Positions 1 through 13,364 of a stretch of DNA of 44,927 nt are shown here, one piece after another. Origin of the DNA: Phoronis australis (taxonomy: Eukaryota > Animalia > Phoronida); the NCBI GenBank assembly GCA_002633005.1, contig NMRA01000001.1:4813235-4858161 (forward strand). Direction: 5' to 3'. The notes under the pieces are model-generated. The model did not search any database. It was not told where the DNA came from and saw only the letters and a program-made list of their open reading frames with translations. The position numbers were made by a program, and so were the translations under genes. How positions within the stretch are numbered: the first letter of the stretch is position 1; each line of letters starts with the position of its first letter.

Positions 1-361
1 AAAAAGTGCATTAGTAAAATCAACAAGTTTTTAAGTGGTCTCAAAAAAACAGTCGGTAAATGCATTAATTTTAGTCTCAGTTCTTCCACGCGTGTTTCTC
101 CCGAGAGGTTAGTACCTAACGTGCAGACGAGCGTTCCAAATTGGAACGCTAAGTCCCGCGTGGCAGCGCTGCACGCGAAACAAGATGGCGGACGACCTTT
201 GGAGACTGACGACGAGAGGTAATCGGACTATACAATATGGTCTTAGTTATAAAATTTAACGAAAAGATCAATAATTAAAATAACCTTTTGAAGGTAATCA
301 GGCTATCAATTCATTGCTCAACAGAATTCTCTCAGACAATTAGTGATCACGTGGCGTCTTG

Positions 362-780
362 TCTACACATCACAAACAGAGATGTGTCAGTGACGGTCCA
401 TGATGTATCGTCCACACATCACAAACAGAGACATGTCACTGATGGTCCGTGATGTAACATCACAATCACCGACGTGTCACTGATGGTCTGTAATGTATCA
501 TCTACACATCACACAGCTAGACGTGTCACTGATGATCTGTGATGTATCGTCTACACATCGCAAACAGTGACGTGTCACTGATGGTCCGTGATGCATTGTT
601 CACACATCACAAACAGAGACATGTCACTGATGGTCCGTGATGTAACATCAGAACACCGACGTGTCACTGATGGTCTGTGATGTATCATTTACACATCACA
701 CAGCTAAATGTGTCACTGATGGTCTGTGATGAATCGATGCATACATGACAAACAGTGAAGTGTCACTGATGGTCCATGAC
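362..780. repeat. Minisatellite, ~9 units of ~42-50 nt, with higher-order (4-unit) periodicity
   Basis: Recurrent ACACATCACAAACAGnGACGTGTCACTGATGGTCyGTGATGTA. Units 2-5 are repeated as units 6-9 with the same short unit and CAGCTA variant in the same order. Confidence 0.9.
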
Positions 781-825
781 GCCTATTCCAGATATCATTA
801 ATAACATGTCACATTGACTACTCAC

Positions 826-883
826 TGTCCACCAGGTCCCATCCTTCCACGGCCTCTGTAACCCATGCGACCCCTCATGTTTC
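826..883 (-). CDS. Possible internal exon encoding an RG/Gly-rich segment (GNMRGRMGYRGRGRMGPGG)
   Basis: On the - strand it is flanked by ttttgtttccag| and |gtgagt, and the 58 nt are open. No partner exons were identified with confidence. Confidence 0.4.
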
Positions 884-2767
884 CTGGAAACAAAACACAC
901 TTAGATAAACGTGCTGAAAATTTGACAGCACCTATACCACACTTGAGGTCGGCTGCCACAAATGAACACCTCGTAAAAAAGTGAATGCATGAATAAGAAG
1001 AGCCTAATCGGTACGAGTAATACATTTGTGGAATCACCATCGACACCATGTCCATCATGATCACCATGGCGCCGAGAGGATTCAGAAAATGTTAATGTCA
1101 AGTACGTACGTTAATGGACTTGGTTTGTAAACAATAACCGAAACCACAACTAAATCATATATAAGTTTAGCAAGGCGTAAGCGTAATTTGCAGAAAACGT
1201 CCCACCATAGGATGTCCCACCGCGATAGGACTCAACAAGACAAGACCTTACGCCGGCTGTAGACGAAACCGAGGCTTTCCTGATTTCGCATTGGCCGATT
1301 CCTCTATGGAAATCTTTGACTGGTTGAAAATGGTAACTCCTAGGTTAAATTCCATTTATTGATTGCATACTCAAGATCTTGCATACCTGTTCTGATGGTA
1401 AAATCGCCGGTTTTGAAACAACAACAAACAAAGCACGCTCACCGGTCTCAGAAATTAATGGCTGACCGGAAACGTTCTTTCGTAAACGTACTTTCGAATA
1501 GCAACAAAATGATGCGTTTGACGGCACCAATTTATGCGTATGTATTCTATCCTGTTACTTGTCACTGTTGTCAAGCAGGAAAAGATACGGCCATAATTTA
1601 ATTTGAGAACTTTCCTGAATACAATACGACCCTAAGTTGTGTGAGGCCCGGCAGTCGAGAACTGAATCAACTGCAAAGCTATAGAATTTTTATTTTCTTC
1701 AGTTGGCGTAAAGTAAAAAGCGAGCCAGCCCCGAGAGCCGTTACTTCGTATATCAATCTGTCATTAATTGGGTTATGTTACTACAACTTTTATTAAAATT
1801 TATCAAGAGAGACAGATGCAAAATACAACGGCATTATCAATAATTACACACTGAGTGGACAATGCGTTTGATCATGTTCCGAATATACCGAAATCTCCGA
1901 CTAAAGCGCTGAACGACCACTGGGTTTCGACCCATTACCAGGTAGTTCTTTCGTTTTCGTTAGATGAAACTTTGCTTTTTTCATAAAAAATTCGAAAGTC
2001 GCAATTTTTCATAGCCCTCACTGACGTCAAGTTCGACAGTGAGCCGGCGGGAACTGAGACAAAAAGGCAGCCATTCAGCGTGGTCACTGAGGCTGGTTCC
2101 AATTTTCGGCTGTGGAGAGTCCCGGTCCCGGCGGCAATTTTTTTCTGATATGTCGGCGCCGGATTCAGAGGCGTCTCTGACGGAGATGGACATATGAGCT
2201 TTTTTCCCGAATGAAGGATTACAAGAATTTCCCTTTCATATCTCCTCCGCGTGCCGGGGTCAGTCGCCACCCGCGCCAATTTCGGTCATGCCGCGCGGAG
2301 GGTTGTTGCTAATTGCTTGGGGCCTTCAGTTAAAACTGAGCTTCAACGGATTCGCAAGTTATTTCAGTCGAAACTATAAAGCCTAAATAATGCTGATTCA
2401 ACACAACTTTTATCATTTTCAAACTTGATTGAATTCAATTTTATTTTTCAGTTTAATTTTTATTTTTGGTGATGCCGCAAAATGGCCCGCTGTAGAGTGA
2501 CAGCAATATAAAGCAGGAGTCAGCATGACGTACTCGGCTCAGTCAACTGCCGCTATCACGAATAAATGAGGCTAAGGCTAAAAGTTGCGAAATGTTTATA
2601 TATTTTAGTGACATCTGGCGACTGACGAAACACATCTTGTCAGTGTTCTAAATTCGTGAACGTAAAGAAAAAAAAAGTATCTTTAATATCTGTCGATAGC
2701 CCAAAACTAAGTTTCATATGTAAAAGCATACGATCACGAAAATAAGTACTCAGTCTACTGTGCAGTG

Positions 2768-2923
2768 CAGAAGCGGATTTAAAGAGGGGTAAAGGGGGCC
2801 ATGGTCACCCCCAAAAATTTTGCCATATTCCATTTGGCAGTTCGTCGGGTTTGCAAAAGTTTGACGGGCGGCAAAACGTGCCTAATATTCTGCCCCCCAA
2901 TCAAAATCCTGGATCCGCCCCTA
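2768..2923. mobile_element. MITE with (C/T)AGGGGCGGATCCAG-type terminal inverted repeats
   Basis: Left end cagaagcggattt...gggggccatgg, right end aaaatcctggatccgccccta. The same ends occur at 16999-17311. Confidence 0.6.
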
Positions 2924-3955
2924 CAGTGTTCCTTACACGAGACAGTCAAGTCACTCCACACCGTTACCCAAGCAGGTTACACAATAGTTAGTGTCAGTGC
3001 AATCTGACAACAGGAGCAGGAGCTGCAATGCGTGTTCAGTTTTTCTTTTCTTTTGTTAATTGTAGAGTTAACAGATTTTTGCAATGAGAAAGTTTTCACT
3101 GGCGGTATTAGTTTTTGTAGTCGACGCAATTTCTAAAATAACCCGGTGAAGAATGAACAGGGCAGCCGTGTTATCCCCGACAACGATGTCCGTCTGTCCC
3201 GGCCAAATTCTCAATCAAAAGAAGCCAGTCCCGGCTACAAGGCCTGGCGCTGTTCCCAACCGGCAAGAAGCGCACATTTGCCGATTGGGGGAGAGCGACG
3301 TGTAGCGCGATGTGTTGAGTGTGCTACACGCCTTATCCTGCCTTACAGGTAAAACTACCATGGGCTCGAAGACACGATTAAGTTCTTTATGCCAACTTTG
3401 CCATAAGTAAAACTATGGTCAACGTGAATATCATGGCAGCGTTCGTATCCATCACCACCTATTGTCACGATCACTGAGTATACATTCAAGCTGCATTTTG
3501 CCCTGTTTAAGTGGTAAAAAACGAAGATCGAATTACACGCTTAGGTCGATCTCCTCATATTCCTATCCGTGATAGGATTTCACGTCTCTGTCGTCATCAA
3601 TGAGAATATCGTAATTAACCATCAGATACCAGTGCTGTAGGGGTAAAACTAGAGGTAAGTAGGCGCCCAAAGCGGCCACCGTATCAGCTTGAGCACTGAA
3701 CGTAACTTACGGTGCATAGGCGCTACGTCCAAATGCCAAAAGCTGGTTGGCTGCGCCTACGCCCACTAAAGATACTCGAGAAAAAATTCAGAGTTTATTG
3801 GGGTTGGCCACCTATAATGGCGCTCCATTGCCTGTGATTTGAGTTAGTATATGAGCTCCATAGCAGCAAGGATTATTATGAGAGTAAAAAGCCTAGTGAT
3901 TTTCGTTTTTAGTCAGAAGCAGGGCAAAATCTAGCTTTAAAACAGTAAGTACCCC

Positions 3956-4086
3956 CCTGTGCGTAATATACACCGATCATTCATTTGTGGAAAGCACAGC
4001 AAAGGAGTTCGTCTAATACACCGAAGCTTCATTTTCAATCTGAAAAAATCGCCTGGACCCACCTGGGAATCGAATCCAGGATCCCC
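3956..4086 (-). mobile_element. 5'-truncated tRNA-derived SINE-like fragment
   Basis: The - strand reads ggggatcctGGATTCGATTCCcaggtgggtcc (Pol III B box within a T-arm-like stem). There is no A box or full cloverleaf. Confidence 0.45.
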
Positions 4087-5884
4087 CTAACCTCATCTTA
4101 AGTTTGTATTCACTGTTTTGAAAGTCAGAAGGCACGCCTTTCATGTTCTTGCTGACCAGGTACAATTGGCCGGGCTACCTGTCAATGTCACGGTGCATAA
4201 ACAGTTGTATTAATTTAATATTAACAGCAAAAATAAAGGTTAACCTAAAATTTAATGGATTTTTTGAGCGGTCGACAATATTTCCAACATGTTCCTACTA
4301 CTCTAGCGATGTTTAAACGATTTTTATCGATAAACTTGACACCAACATCACGAACTATCCATTTGTTATAGTCGGAATATGATCGGGTAGGTAACGAACA
4401 CCTACACGACTATAGAAGCGTCCAGGTTCAGGGAGCCAGAAGTGCACGCTTCTGATTTTTCTGGACCTGCCATATCGCGATATGGTTTGCCGTGAGTAGG
4501 CCTATTCCCGTAGGAAGAGGTACATGGGACATACTGCCGCACAGAAGGCCGGTTACGTTCGACCAGTTTCTTTATGAAATGGAGTGCCTCTCACGTTAAT
4601 TTCCTATGAAAGAATTTTTTTTCAGATTAAATTCCCTATACAGGCTTCCGCCTTTTCGGACTGACAAAACCCAGGGTAACATTTCAAACTAAATTCCCTA
4701 CGAAAGGTTACCTTCAGTTTTTTCTTTTTTTTACTGCAAAATTCCTTCGCCGGAAACCCTATAAGAAGTTCCTATGACAACTGCACTAAATCTACAGAAG
4801 GGTTTTAAAAATCAGTGATTTTCAAAACCTGCAAAAAGATTAACTCGTTTTTGATAACATGGCTTTGTAACGATAAAGATTTTAAAATAGGTTAAAAGTT
4901 CATATGTCCAAGAATCCCAGGGGGAGTTTCTGGTACAAAATCCTACTCCAAACATTGATCTGTTCCGTCAAATACTCCGTTTACATATGCTGGCTAAAAC
5001 GCTAGTGTTTTAGTAAACCCTTTCGAAAACAGTACAACTGAAAAACGATAGTCATGTGAACAATCGCAAGGGTTGCATTTGCTGGCGCTTTTTGCTGGAG
5101 GTTTAATTTGGGTTGCCTCCATACTATACCGGCATTTTCACCAGCACTTTTGTAGCCAGCCTGCTCACTTCAAAAGACACACATGGGCAAGGGAAAGAGG
5201 CCTTAGTTCTATCGTTACATCAATCAATTTATGGCAGAAAGTGAACAGGTTTCAGTGACATTAATTTTCGCGTAAAAGCGATTCGGGTGAGGATGACCAG
5301 CACCAGTTCGAGCAGAACTCGTGTGTCAGCTACTAGCGATTATTAAACGCGCTGTCGTTACCATATAAAAGTCGGCGTTTTCCGGCAACACTCATGGTAA
5401 CCTTATCATAAACGAGAAACTGTTAATTTAGGTCATTTTGTTTACCGCTATATAACAGGTCGCAACTTGTTACCTACTGTGACATTTCGACTTGCATGAA
5501 AGCATATCCCACGGGTAGAAAATGACTGGCCGTGATATATAACTTGGAGAGCCGAGTAACAGGCAGAATGACTAGCTGTCAGATGTTTTAGACCCCCGGC
5601 TGTGCCCGGTTGTGCATATGTTACACTCTGTTGTTTAGTTTGTGTGTCACTGTTGTTGTGTTACTATTACGACTTAGTGTTAACCTCAATGGATTTGACG
5701 GAACTGTGCTGCTTTGTTCAGCGCTCTTGTGAGTGCCATTTTTGTTACGCAAATTAGTCTACATGGTGTGCTTGTGTTTGTCTTGTCTGAGTTTAGTTTG
5801 ATACTGGACAACCTTATTCTAAAGGTTTTCTTCAATAAAAAACATCCTGACTGTTTACATGAAGTCAATACAGCTGACAGTGAC

Positions 5885-6310
5885 ATGAGCCCCAAAAAGG
5901 CACGGACTCAACTTGACTCGGCAAATCCATGAATGGATATTTGTGGACTTTTGACAAAACGCCAATTCTCCTTTCTTGCACTGTTTTAGTTTCATTACCC
6001 ACAGTCAGTTTTTGACTTTCAAATCGAGAGTGAACTCTTCGTTGAATCCCCAATATTATCGAAAATATAAATACAGATTTTGTCATTCAACGCCCCTGTA
6101 ACTAAGTATTAAGGCCCTATTTATTTTCACTGAACTCAAGTCTCCAGATGTCGTTGTATTACTAGAAAATGTAATGAGTCAAAGAGGAGCTCATAATTTA
6201 TATAAAGATAAAATGATAGAAAAGATTACATCTGTTAGTAAAGAAAAACACAAATACCCAGTAAATTTAAGGCACTTAGCCGAGTCCCTATGGGACTGTT
6301 TCATGCAACT
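5885..6310 (+). mobile_element. Interspersed repeat/MITE, diverged copy 1
   Basis: Aligns by eye with the reverse complement of 21440-21848 (shared caaatcgagagt, caatattat, caacgccc, agtcaaagaggagctc, gtccctat..gggactgtttcatgcaac). Boundaries are approximate. Confidence 0.7.
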
Positions 6311-6468
6311 GGGCACTGAAATCACCTCTGATTTGAGCAAGGAACAAGTTGAGAAATCAAAAGTTATTTGTGACGGAAGACGGTTTATAGCGGCTTTACA
6401 ATTTGTTAAAACATAATTCACAGTTAGACAGCATTAAGATGCAAAGAATTTATCTTGTACACCACATC

Positions 6469-7670
6469 CAGTGCCGGATTACCCATTAAGTTACACTAAC
6501 CCATATCTTGGGGCTCTGCTCAAAAAAGAGCCCCACCTTGCTGAAACGGGGCTTTAAATAGTTTGGAACTTTTAAGTGAAAGGTTGCGCCTAAAGAGAAA
6601 ACGCTCTAATTCATTTAGTAAATTTTTCATATGATTTTCTGTACTAAATTTAATTTGTAACGCTGTAAATTGTAAATCTAGTCAATGGTGACGTAATAAG
6701 ATATGTGTGCGTGGTCATAGTAAGGTCGCACGAGGTAACAGCGTTTTTGTTTTCTTTACTTTTGGTATTTTTTGCTAAGTATTTGCTTAAGTAAGTTATT
6801 GTTTTACAGTTAAAAGCCTGGATATAATGGTTCGTTGCTTTCTGGGCTAAATATTTGAATTTTAATGTATTGTCGTTTATTTGTGTAGCAATAAAAATAA
6901 TAACGCGCGCAAACAGTTGTCAACTCGCAAACATTACTGGACGAATCTCACAAGTGATACACGCAAGTTTTTAACAAATCACGTTGGCAGTGAGTGGTCT
7001 AAAATGTATAGCCTGCTTTACAAGAGTTAAAAAACTAGCTTTATACCAGGAAAATCCTCATGATGTATATGTACGTTTGTAGCATAATTGTTTTTATTTC
7101 AAAAAAACATTAGCGTAAACTGTCACAATAACCAGACAATCTCACGTACGATATAAACAAACGTTGAACAACTTTGTCTTCATGGTGGTTTTTGGAATCG
7201 TCTGCTGAATAAGTTCCACAAAACCAATTGACTAAAGGCCTGCTAGATTCACGCGTTGCCATAAAAACCAGCAAAATTGTGTGCGTCACTTTTTGTGTTT
7301 GTCTAATGCAAATGATAAAGCTGCATCGAAACTAAGGACAGGGATAAAGCAGCCTTATGACGGAGACGCGCATCTTGATTACAAGAATATCATTGAAGAA
7401 TTTTCCGATGTAAAATCAAGAAAATAAAACTTCGCAAAATCATGAGAATAAATAGACTGCTGTATTACATTTAACCTACATAAGCTAATTGCGTGCATTT
7501 GTATAAATTCTCACTAGATTATAGTGAGAGCTTTTCTAACTTGTTTAGGTTACTCCATTTGATATTCAAGTTACAAGAACTGAACTATGTAGGTCTGCAG
7601 TTACCTCAGATAAGTCAGGGGGGTCTCTGATAGCTTAGAGCCCCACAAACCATATTAAAATGGGGCACTG
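6469..7670 (+). mobile_element. Non-autonomous hAT DNA transposon
   Basis: Termini CAGTGCC...GGCACTG, flanked by a near-perfect 8-bp TSD (accacatc at 6461-6468, accacttc at 7671-7678). An internal remnant LDYKNIIEEFSDVKSRK* (~7374-7427) resembles the C-terminus of hAT transposases. Confidence 0.8.
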
Positions 7671-8337
7671 ACCACTTCCAGTTGACAGGAAACAGAAACC
7701 AGGATCGCAAAAGAAAATTTTAATTAAGAACAATGATGATTGTACAAGCAGTCAAGAAACTCTGCACACTTTCTCAAAATAAACATGATTCATACAAAAA
7801 AGTATAAAAAGTTGATTATACAGTAAAATCCCCGTTTACAATACAAAATACACCAAAATATAAACTTTTTTGATTTACTTCCTGAATCTTTGCTGATAAA
7901 AATGGAGGGCAACAGAAATTTACTGCAATTGAGTAAATAAAAAATTCAAAAATTAATTCAAGGACACTCTATCCACAACTACAGGCTTTTTGACTTAAGT
8001 GACAACTTAAAGCAACAACAGACCCACCTTTGGCCATAAAAAATACATTTTAACTTAACTTGTTCCTTCACTCAGACCAGGAATGATTTTTGTACTACAA
8101 AAGGATTGTCAGTTTGGTAGTGCTTGAAGACATGCTTACAGCATAAAGGGATGCGACAAGCCTGATCTTAAACAATAACAAACTGTCAGTTGTTCCTAAG
8201 CCTCTGATCCAAGAAAGAAGCAACTTAAGACCAGTGGTAAGTGTTGTAAACCAAAAGTTACTTTTTACAGAAAGTGAGCTGATAGCCACTCCATATCATA
8301 AGAAAACACACCTGAGCACACTTAGGGGTGACACCTA

Positions 8338-10000
8338 TCAGCAGAGACACAAACTAAAAATTTTGAATAAAGGGTGTATGTATAGCCTAGCACAGGGTTT
8401 GGTTTTGAAAATGGGGGTGTTTAGCCAAACCAATGAGCTATACCATAGCTCATTGGCCAAACACAAGAGTTGACTGTCATTCAGGTGAGGATAAAAAGGG
8501 AAGAAAAAAGGAAATGGAATTAAGACCTTTTACTCTCTTGTAATATTACCTACATTAATATTACAATGTAACATTACAATGTAATATTACCTAAAATGGT
8601 AGGATTCTATTTCCACTACCAATAAGAATATTAAAACCATCTGCGACTAGGCTATAAACTCATCCCATTGCTCGGTACACTGTACTTCTTCAATACATTT
8701 GTACAATTCTCACTGTTTTCAGGATGCCTGTTTGTCAGGGAATCTGATCAAAGGTCCTGATAGGTGTAACAGCCCTTACTGCATTAGCGATGGCTTCACA
8801 GCAATAAAACAGAGGTTAAAATAAATTGATACATCAAAGGCTAAAACTGGTTAACAACATGCTCAATTTAGAAATTGCTGTCATCTGGAGTTGAAACCAA
8901 ATGAGAGGTTTTTGTACGACAAGAAAATGCTTCAGAGCTTATTGGGGTTAGCCAACCCTAAAATTGCAAATGCATCGCAAAAAGCACATGTAAGCATTAC
9001 CTGTGACTCGAGTTGGTAGCGGAAATGGATTCCATCGTGGTAAGGAATATTATTATAACGAATTTGACGGGAGTAAAAATTTTAGCCTAATTCAATTTTC
9101 GTTTCATAGCCAACTCAACAGGACAAAATGCAGCTTTGAATGAATAAAGACTGTTGNTCAGCAGAGACACAAACTAAAAATTTTGAATAAAGGGTGTATG
9201 TATAGCCTAGCACAGGGTTTGGTTTTGAAAATGGGGGTGTTTTGCCAAACCAATGAGCTATGGTATAGCTATACCATAGCTCATTGGCCAAACACAAGAG
9301 TTGACTGTCATTCAGGTGAGGATAAAAAGGGAAGAAAAAAGGAAATGGAATTAAGACCTTTTACTCTCTTGTAATATTACCTACAATAATATTACAGTGT
9401 AATATTACAATGTAACATTACAATGTAATATTACCTACAATGATAGGATTCTATTTCCACTACCAATAAGAATATTAAAACCATCTGCGACTAGGTTATA
9501 AACTCATCCCATTGCTCGGTACACTGTACTTCTTCAATACATTTGTACAATTCTCACTGTTTTCAGGATGCCTGTTTGTCAGGGAATCAGATCAAAGGTC
9601 CTGATAGGTGTAACAGCCCTTACTGCATTAGCGATGGCTTCACAGCAATAAAACAGAGGTTAAAATAAATTGATACATCAAAGGCTAAAACTGGTTAACA
9701 ACATGCTCAATTTAGAAATTGCTGTCATCTGGAGTTGAAACCAAATGAGAGGTTTTTGTACGACAAGAAAATGCTTCAGAGCTTATTGGGGTTAGCCAAC
9801 CCTAAAATTGCGAATGCATCACAAAAAGCACATGTAAGCATTACCTGCGACTCGAGTTGGTAGCGGAAATGGATTCCATCGTGGTAAGGAATATTATTAG
9901 AACGAATTTGACGGGAGTAAAAATTTTAGCCTAATTCAATTTTCGTTTCATAGCCAACTCAACAGGACAAAATGCAGCTTTGAATGAATAAAGACTGTTG
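8338..10000. repeat. Tandem ~0.83-kb duplication joined by a single N (8338-9156 / 9158-10000); probably uncollapsed alleles
   Basis: Both copies run tcagcagagacac...gactgttg, differ by a few SNPs and small indels, and the N at 9157 lies exactly at the junction. Confidence 0.85.
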
Positions 10001-10312
10001 CTATTCTATGATGATCCTGTTACTTTGACTTGAACCCCAATAACACAAGCAATAAAAGGTAACCAGTACCATACTTTGGAATTAAATACTGAATCAATGA
10101 GTTTCCAAAGCAGTGATCACAAATACATCTTTTTTTTCACTAAGACAGCTGTACTTGATGATTACATGCATGCTACAGGCACTAAGGACACGAACCACTG
10201 GCCAACAATTGATTATTGAAAGTTCCTAGTAAACTCTAAATCATCCAGCTCTGTAGAGACACACACCACGTTGCAGTACACTATTTATAAACAGTGCGCC
10301 AGCAATAATGAT

Positions 10313-10858
10313 TCAAGCTATTTCCTTAGGAGATGTTAGTGGCAACATGTAATTTGCAAGAAATTTATCTTCTGGCATAGTGCCAAATGAAACAAAGGAC
10401 ATACTTTCCACATCAAAATGAGAGTGCGAAAAACTTGCACTGGTCAGAAAAAGCTCAGCGATGTTACACCTCACACCGCATATAAAACTACAAGAGAAAT
10501 CGTCCACAGGAAAGACAACTCTGTTGAATATCTTGTACTCTATGAAGAGCTGCTGCTTGGGTTTATATTTGTCTAGCACATCTCTGTGAACATCAGAGAA
10601 CTTCTTGTCAGGTGCACACTGGTTTTTGACACATAGACTGTCCAGGTTAGCGGTCAGTGCATTGTGCATGATGACCTGGCAGATGTCGACCACACGCTGG
10701 ACATCAATGTATGGTGTGACTATGAATACCTTGGTCTCACTATCTGAGAACCACTTGTTCAATAGAGTCCTCCAGAGATCATACACACATCCAGGGCCAC
10801 TCTTTACGCAGCCAGCATTGAGAGAGGAAGTCTGCAGTTCAAGATCTTCATCAGTCAG
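10313..10858 (-). CDS. Terminal coding exon, PLD-like fold with degenerate HxK motif
   Basis: Acceptor tgtatttacag|, then 182 codons to TGA. Motifs VFIVTPYID and FSCSFICG...LFLTSASF match the PLD-superfamily pattern (I.SPY...HxK.....GSxN) without the His and Lys. Confidence 0.75.
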   Translation of the reverse strand: MTDEDLELQTSSLNAGCVKSGPGCVYDLWRTLLNKWFSDSETKVFIVTPYIDVQRVVDICQVIMHNALTANLDSLCVKNQCAPDKKFSDVHRDVLDKYKPKQQLFIEYKIFNRVVFPVDDFSCSFICGVRCNIAELFLTSASFSHSHFDVESMSFVSFGTMPEDKFLANYMLPLTSPKEIA

Positions 10859-11659
10859 CTGTAAATACAGACACTGAGGTATGACCAGCTGGACAATAAA
10901 GAAGTGTGGGTTCACACAAGTGAAATTGTGGTGATGCATACAGTGTGAGAAACAGAACAAAACAAATGCTTTTGAGTGATCTAGACAAGCTAGGTGGACC
11001 AACTGGCGCTATCAGAGGAAAAACTATTTGTGACAGTGGAAAAATAATAATAATAGTTTAACATCTATATCAGTAGGTTGAAATAACCAAGTAACCAGCT
11101 ATTGACACAAGAAGTAACGCTTGGGTGTAAAGTAAGAATCTTACATGCCATAGGTTGGTCACATGTCATCATATGACCTATGGGACAGAGAACCTTTTTA
11201 CAATAAGCTTAGGTTACGTGATGTTACCAACATATGGTGTGTAATGAGATTAACAATTCTTACTTCTACCACATCAGCACCCTGATTTATAACAACACCC
11301 TTGGGTAATGGCCAGGGTATTAAGGGGGTTAGTGTCTTTTTGTGACCCGTGAGTGGCATTTTTCAGTGCTGCGTGCAAATATGTGAAACTGTTCTTATTA
11401 ATTGAAATGTATGAACCAGTGAACATGAACACAAAGTGAGAGTGGGGACAAACCATGGGGAGGGGACCAGTGTTGAGGACGGGCGGACCAGCAAATCCTG
11501 GTTTTGCTGGCAGACAATTGAGCATTGCACAAAAGTGTCTCCTACTCCACTGAGCTCGGTTTTACAAGTAAATGTATGTGAGGGAACGAATGAGAACCTG
11601 GATAATACAATGCGAAAGTGATTTCTGGGGCTCTACTCATACTGGTACTTATTTATTTT

Positions 11660-11880
11660 ATTTAGTGTTGAGGACTAAGGGAACCAGTGTTGCGGAATAG
11701 GAGAACCCAGTGTTGAGAACTGGGACATACCAGTGTTGAGGACTAGGGGGACCAGAGTTAAGGACTGGGGGGACCCAGTGTTGAGGACTAGGGGGACCAG
11801 CATTGAAGACTGGGGGGACCAGCATTGAGGATTTTGGGAACCCAGTGTTGGTGACTGGGGGACCAGTGTTGAGGAGTGGG
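11660..11880. repeat. G-rich minisatellite, ~21-23-nt unit (GGACCAGTGTTGAGGACTGGGG), intronic
   Basis: About 10 degenerate tandem copies, plus a solo copy near 11463-11490. Confidence 0.85.
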
Positions 11881-12260
11881 TGGAGAAGAGAATTGGTGGT
11901 GGGCAGCTGGAGAATTGTCAAGTAGAATTGATGGCAACCAGGATAGGTATAGAAAATCTTTTGTGATTGATTCGTGGTTGGGAATCACAAAGTTGATAAT
12001 TTTACATGCATGAAGTGGAGACTCACCCTCTTGGTGTATCATACGTGAACCACAAATATACATCACTATGATCACTTGGGACAAGGCCCCAGACAACTTA
12101 AGACTAAAGCAAAATGTGAATGCTTAGTTCCATTTCTGGTCTAAAATGTCGACATATTGTTTACTGCAATTTCCTTGGCCTGTAGATTAATTTGTAAATT
12201 TTGATTTATGGTTCTGCAAATGACTAATAGGCACAATACTAGGGCCATTAACATACATAC

Positions 12261-12376
12261 CACGCGAGGTTTATATTTCTGTGAAGATGGTAATGAGACA
12301 TCTGCTGATGGACAGTCAACCTTGGAAGAGACAGATCTGTAGTCATCTTCACGGTACATGGCATCATTTACTTCAG
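12261..12376 (-). CDS. Coding exon 2 (Ser/acidic linker) of the same gene
   Basis: catttcttttcatag| acceptor and |gtatgt donor. The 116 nt run phase 1 to phase 0 and join exons 1 and 3 in frame (AEVNDAMYREDDYRS...KYKPRV). Confidence 0.7.
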
Positions 12377-12559
12377 CTATGAAAAGAAATGTGTAATGAC
12401 TTAGAGCTGTTGGTTATTCTGAAGCAGCAAGTTCACTGGCCGGGGCAAGTACTGCGGACTTTATATGAGCTGTTGAATTACATTTACTCGCGAAATATGA
12501 AGTGCCACTAGAAACTGTAAACTAACAGGAGAGTTGCCAAAAACGTTCATTTCTGTAAT

Positions 12560-12910
12560 TTGGCCCTGTCTGTCTGGTAAAGAAGCTATATTTACAGGGG
12601 TAGACACAATAACTTGGCCCTGTATGTCTGGTGAAGAAGCTATATTTACAGGGGCAGACATACTGGCTTCACAAAGTATGTCTGGTGAAGAAGCTATCAT
12701 TACAAGGGCAGATACAATGACTTGGACCTGTTCGTCTGGTAAGACAAGAGCAGACACAATGTCTTGGCCCTGTATGTCTGGTGAGGAAGCTACATTACAG
12801 GAGCAGACTCAATTTAGCTTCAATTGTCAACATATGTCTGGTGAGGAAGTTATATTTAGAGGGGCAGACATTAATGGCCTGACCACATATATCTGGAGAG
12901 GAAGTTATAA
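12560..12910. repeat. Degenerate minisatellite, ~54-nt unit (TGTCTGGTGAAGAAGCTATATTTACAGGGGCAGAC...)
   Basis: About 7 diverged tandem units. They account for ORFs 12461-12757 and 12534-12941. Confidence 0.8.
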
Positions 12911-13364
12911 TTGGGAGGGGGGGGGGCTGCAGTCACAATAGCTTCCAGTGGATGTATAGGACATTGTACAGACAAAGATCTGAGAGATATAGAACAGACC
13001 ACTTCTTCTGATCTGATTCAAGTAAGTGCTTGTCTGTGATTGTGTTTGTGCTCTGATACGGTAAAATCTCAATAATTTCGGACAAAAATAAAGGCTAAAA
13101 TTGCACTACTTTATTTTTTCAAGTGCTTGTAAATGACAACAAAAGTTCAAAATATTGTCTGCTGGTAGGTACGGTGCAGAACGTGGATATGAGACATCGT
13201 CATTATGGTACTGCGTATCATCTATGAAATTTGCCCTCTCTGCCACATTTTGTCCTAAATTGGTGTGATTTTACCGTAGTATTAAGAGTAAGTCCTAATA
13301 CTATTATTTTAGTTTTTAATCCTCCAATTGTGAAGACTTCTACCCAGTGCACAGCAAGCCTCAC

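Noticed and set aside
362-780. CRISPR-like array of palindromic repeats
   Set aside because: Units are contiguous with no unique spacers, there are no cas genes, and the context is eukaryotic.
8338-10000. Recent biological tandem duplication
   Set aside because: The single N exactly at the junction and allele-level differences favour an assembly artefact.
11658-12941. Repetitive ORFs as coding exons
   Set aside because: They are translations of intronic minisatellites, and the gene model is phase-consistent without them.
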